A program made the translations under genes and the position numbers. This document shows positions 62,113 through 64,000 of a DNA stretch of 64,000 nt, piece by piece. This DNA is from Takakia lepidozioides. Lineage: Eukaryota; Plantae; Bryophyta. The notes beneath the pieces are model-generated. The model was not told the origin of the DNA. It saw nothing but the letters and a program-made list of their open reading frames with translations, and searched no databases. Position 1 is the stretch's first letter, and the number at the start of each line of letters is the position of its first letter. The stretch covers positions 54,188,001-54,252,000 of the forward strand of contig CM060733.1 of NCBI GenBank assembly GCA_030704615.1, given 5' to 3'.

Positions 62113-62834
62113 TAACATTAAAACAGGTCCTTCAAATGTAAGATAACATTTAGAGAGAGGGCAGAAGAGCTGAAGGTGTCATCGTGCTTAACCTACTATT
62201 CTTTGTTCCCATAAACATTCGCAGTACCCTACCAGGAGGTTCAGGAGGTTCTCGAGTTCCCTGGAGGCCCCCAAACCCTAACATGCGACGTTCTCCTGGC
62301 CATTTCAATATTGAAATGCCCATCTCAATAGTTCAAATGGCCTCTCATTTTTGAATAATTGGGAGTTTATGTCGCGCGTATGGGACATGGCGCGCACGGC
62401 CGCACGGACACGGGGTCGCCCTCCCCCCCCCCCCCACCCCCACCTGCCAGCCGCGCAGCGTGGTCGGCAGCCCCGCAGCCCTGCCCGCACGCCGCCCAGC
62501 CCGCCCGCCCTCGCCGCTGGGTCCGCCCGCCATCGGGTCCCCAGTGGGTCTGCCCAAGCTCGGTCTGCCCGCTAGTGGGTCTGCTGGGTCTGCCGCCAAG
62601 TAGCCCGACGGCGGCAGACCCAAAAGCACCCCGGATGACGTGGCGCCCATCTCACTGTGATGCCGCACTGCTATGTGTGCATCGTAGCTTGCGATGCTAC
62701 ATTTGGAACTAACCATCACAAGGTCTACCGTGGACCCTCTCCACAGGCTTCTGCTAGCATGATAGCATACTACAATGGTCTCCCACTCTTGTGGTGCATT
62801 GCTTATTCGTCCTCAATCCCGATAGACCTAACTA

Positions 62835-63042
62835 TTGTAGACCCTGTCCCAGTACACCCTGTTCCAATAGACCTTCCACTGCACTCTGTTTTAGGGCAAA
62901 CCCTTTTGCGTGTTCACCCTGTTACAGTAGACCCTGTGCATGTTCACCCAGTTGCAGTACACCCTGTGCGTGTTCACCCAGTTGCAGTAGACCCTGTGCG
63001 TTTTCACCCTGTTGCAGTAGACCCTGTGCTAGTACACCCTGT
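62835..63042 (+). repeat. 15/30-bp minisatellite in MULE intron 1
   Basis: GTAGACCCTGTGC.TGTTCACCC.GTTGCA units. Confidence 0.9.
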
Positions 63043-63296
63043 TAAAATAGGGCCTGTCGGTACGACACTGGTCTGCTAATTACGAATTGTCATTTCATGC
63101 AGTTCCCCTTGTACACGTTGATGGTGTTCGACCAATGGTTGAACGGAATTCCAGTTGCATACATATTGTCAGCACGCAAGCGAACATCAGACCTTTTCCC
63201 GTGGATGTTAGCATTGCGTGATGCCCTCCTTAAGGAAAAACCCACCTGGCGGCCAAATGCCTTCATTGTTGACGTGAAGCAGAAATCAATGCAACC

Positions 63297-63530
63297 CGGT
63301 ATGCCACATCTCAATCTGCCCTATGGTATGCTCTATGGTCCACTACACGGTCTGCTATATGGTCTGCCTTGTCTGGTCTCACGCTTGTGGCAGTACTAAA
63401 TCCGGTATGCCACATCTCATTCTGCCCTATGGTCTGCCCTGTGGTCTGCCATATGGTCTCAATCTGCCCTATGGTCTTATGGTCCGCTCCAGGGTCTGCT
63501 ATATAGTTTGCCCTATTTGGTCTGCCCTGT
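63297..63530 (+). repeat. 12-bp (TATGGTCTGCCC-like) minisatellite with duplicated donor site in MULE intron 2
   Basis: CGGTATGCCACATCTCA at 63297 and 63403; many GGTCTGCC units. Confidence 0.8.
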
Positions 63531-64000
63531 TTGGTCTCATGCTTGTGGCGGTGCTGAATACGAATGCCCGGTCCAGGCACTTTTGACTTTGTGGCCGCAT
63601 GCAGGTCTGTTTTCACAGGAGTATGCATTTTCCTCTGCCTTTGGCATATACGGAAGGCCTGGGTCAAGCAATCATGCCAGAAAATCAGTGATCCGGGAAC
63701 AGCCTCGAAATTGTTGGCAAATATGGGCGACCTTATATATTGCAGAGGTGGACCGCAGAAAGAAGACGAAGCTGTGAAATGGGTTAAGAAAAAATTGAAG
63801 GCAATGAAAAAGAAATATCCTGCTGGTCAGTTGTTCCTCCACTACATTCATGCGTACTGGGTTCCCAAAATCGCTATGTGGTGTACTGCTACCCGCAAGA
63901 TTCCACATGCAAGCCAAGATACTAATGCAAGCATTGAGGCATACCACGGAAACTTAAAGGCGAGACTTAATATGGGCAAAGGCAAAATGTCGGGTCGAAG

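Larger units (their letters stand above)
62690..64000 (+). pseudogene. MULE (Mutator-like) transposase, intron-containing, N-terminus missing; runs off the window
   Basis: ACDATFGTNHHK|FPLYTLMVFDQWLNGIPVAY...WRPNAFIVD(fs)EAEINA|FLCLWHIRKAW...MWCTATRKIPHASQDTNASIEAYHGNLK gives the D-D-E triad and CxxH. Introns 62723-63102 and 63299-63604. Confidence 0.88.

Noticed and set aside
62657-63079. 140-aa PV(H/D)-repeat protein ORF
   Set aside because: It is the translation of an intronic minisatellite within the MULE transposase.

Overview
This is a eukaryotic land-plant genomic window, probably from a non-seed plant such as a bryophyte. That assignment is inferred from a Replitron, a piggyBac with a Cys-rich tail, Tcn1-like Gypsy ends and PLS-type PPR fragments. 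Three spliced genes look intact: a SWI1/DYAD/AMEIOTIC1-family meiotic gene (minus, 9 coding exons, ~1213 aa), an Aurora kinase (minus, 9 exons, 294 aa) and an F-box/WD40 gene (plus, 8 exons). Between them is a dense layer of mobile DNA: a decayed Replitron, a Ty1/copia with 307-bp LTRs and an extra PBS beyond its 3' LTR, a deleted Gypsy, CACTA, piggyBac, MULE and L1 relics, and about 10 tRNA-derived SINE copies or fragments. There are also two pseudogenised bulb-lectin receptor kinases. The most striking structure is a 3.7-kb block (36703-40387) inserted with no target-site duplication at an A|T inside a SINE, with Helitron-like ends. It carries co-oriented host-gene pieces, including an in-frame PPR::beta-galactosidase exon fusion. 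A Mug135/DUF1773-like (mainly fungal) pseudogene lies in the CACTA-like region. All family assignments come from motif recognition by eye; no database searches were run.
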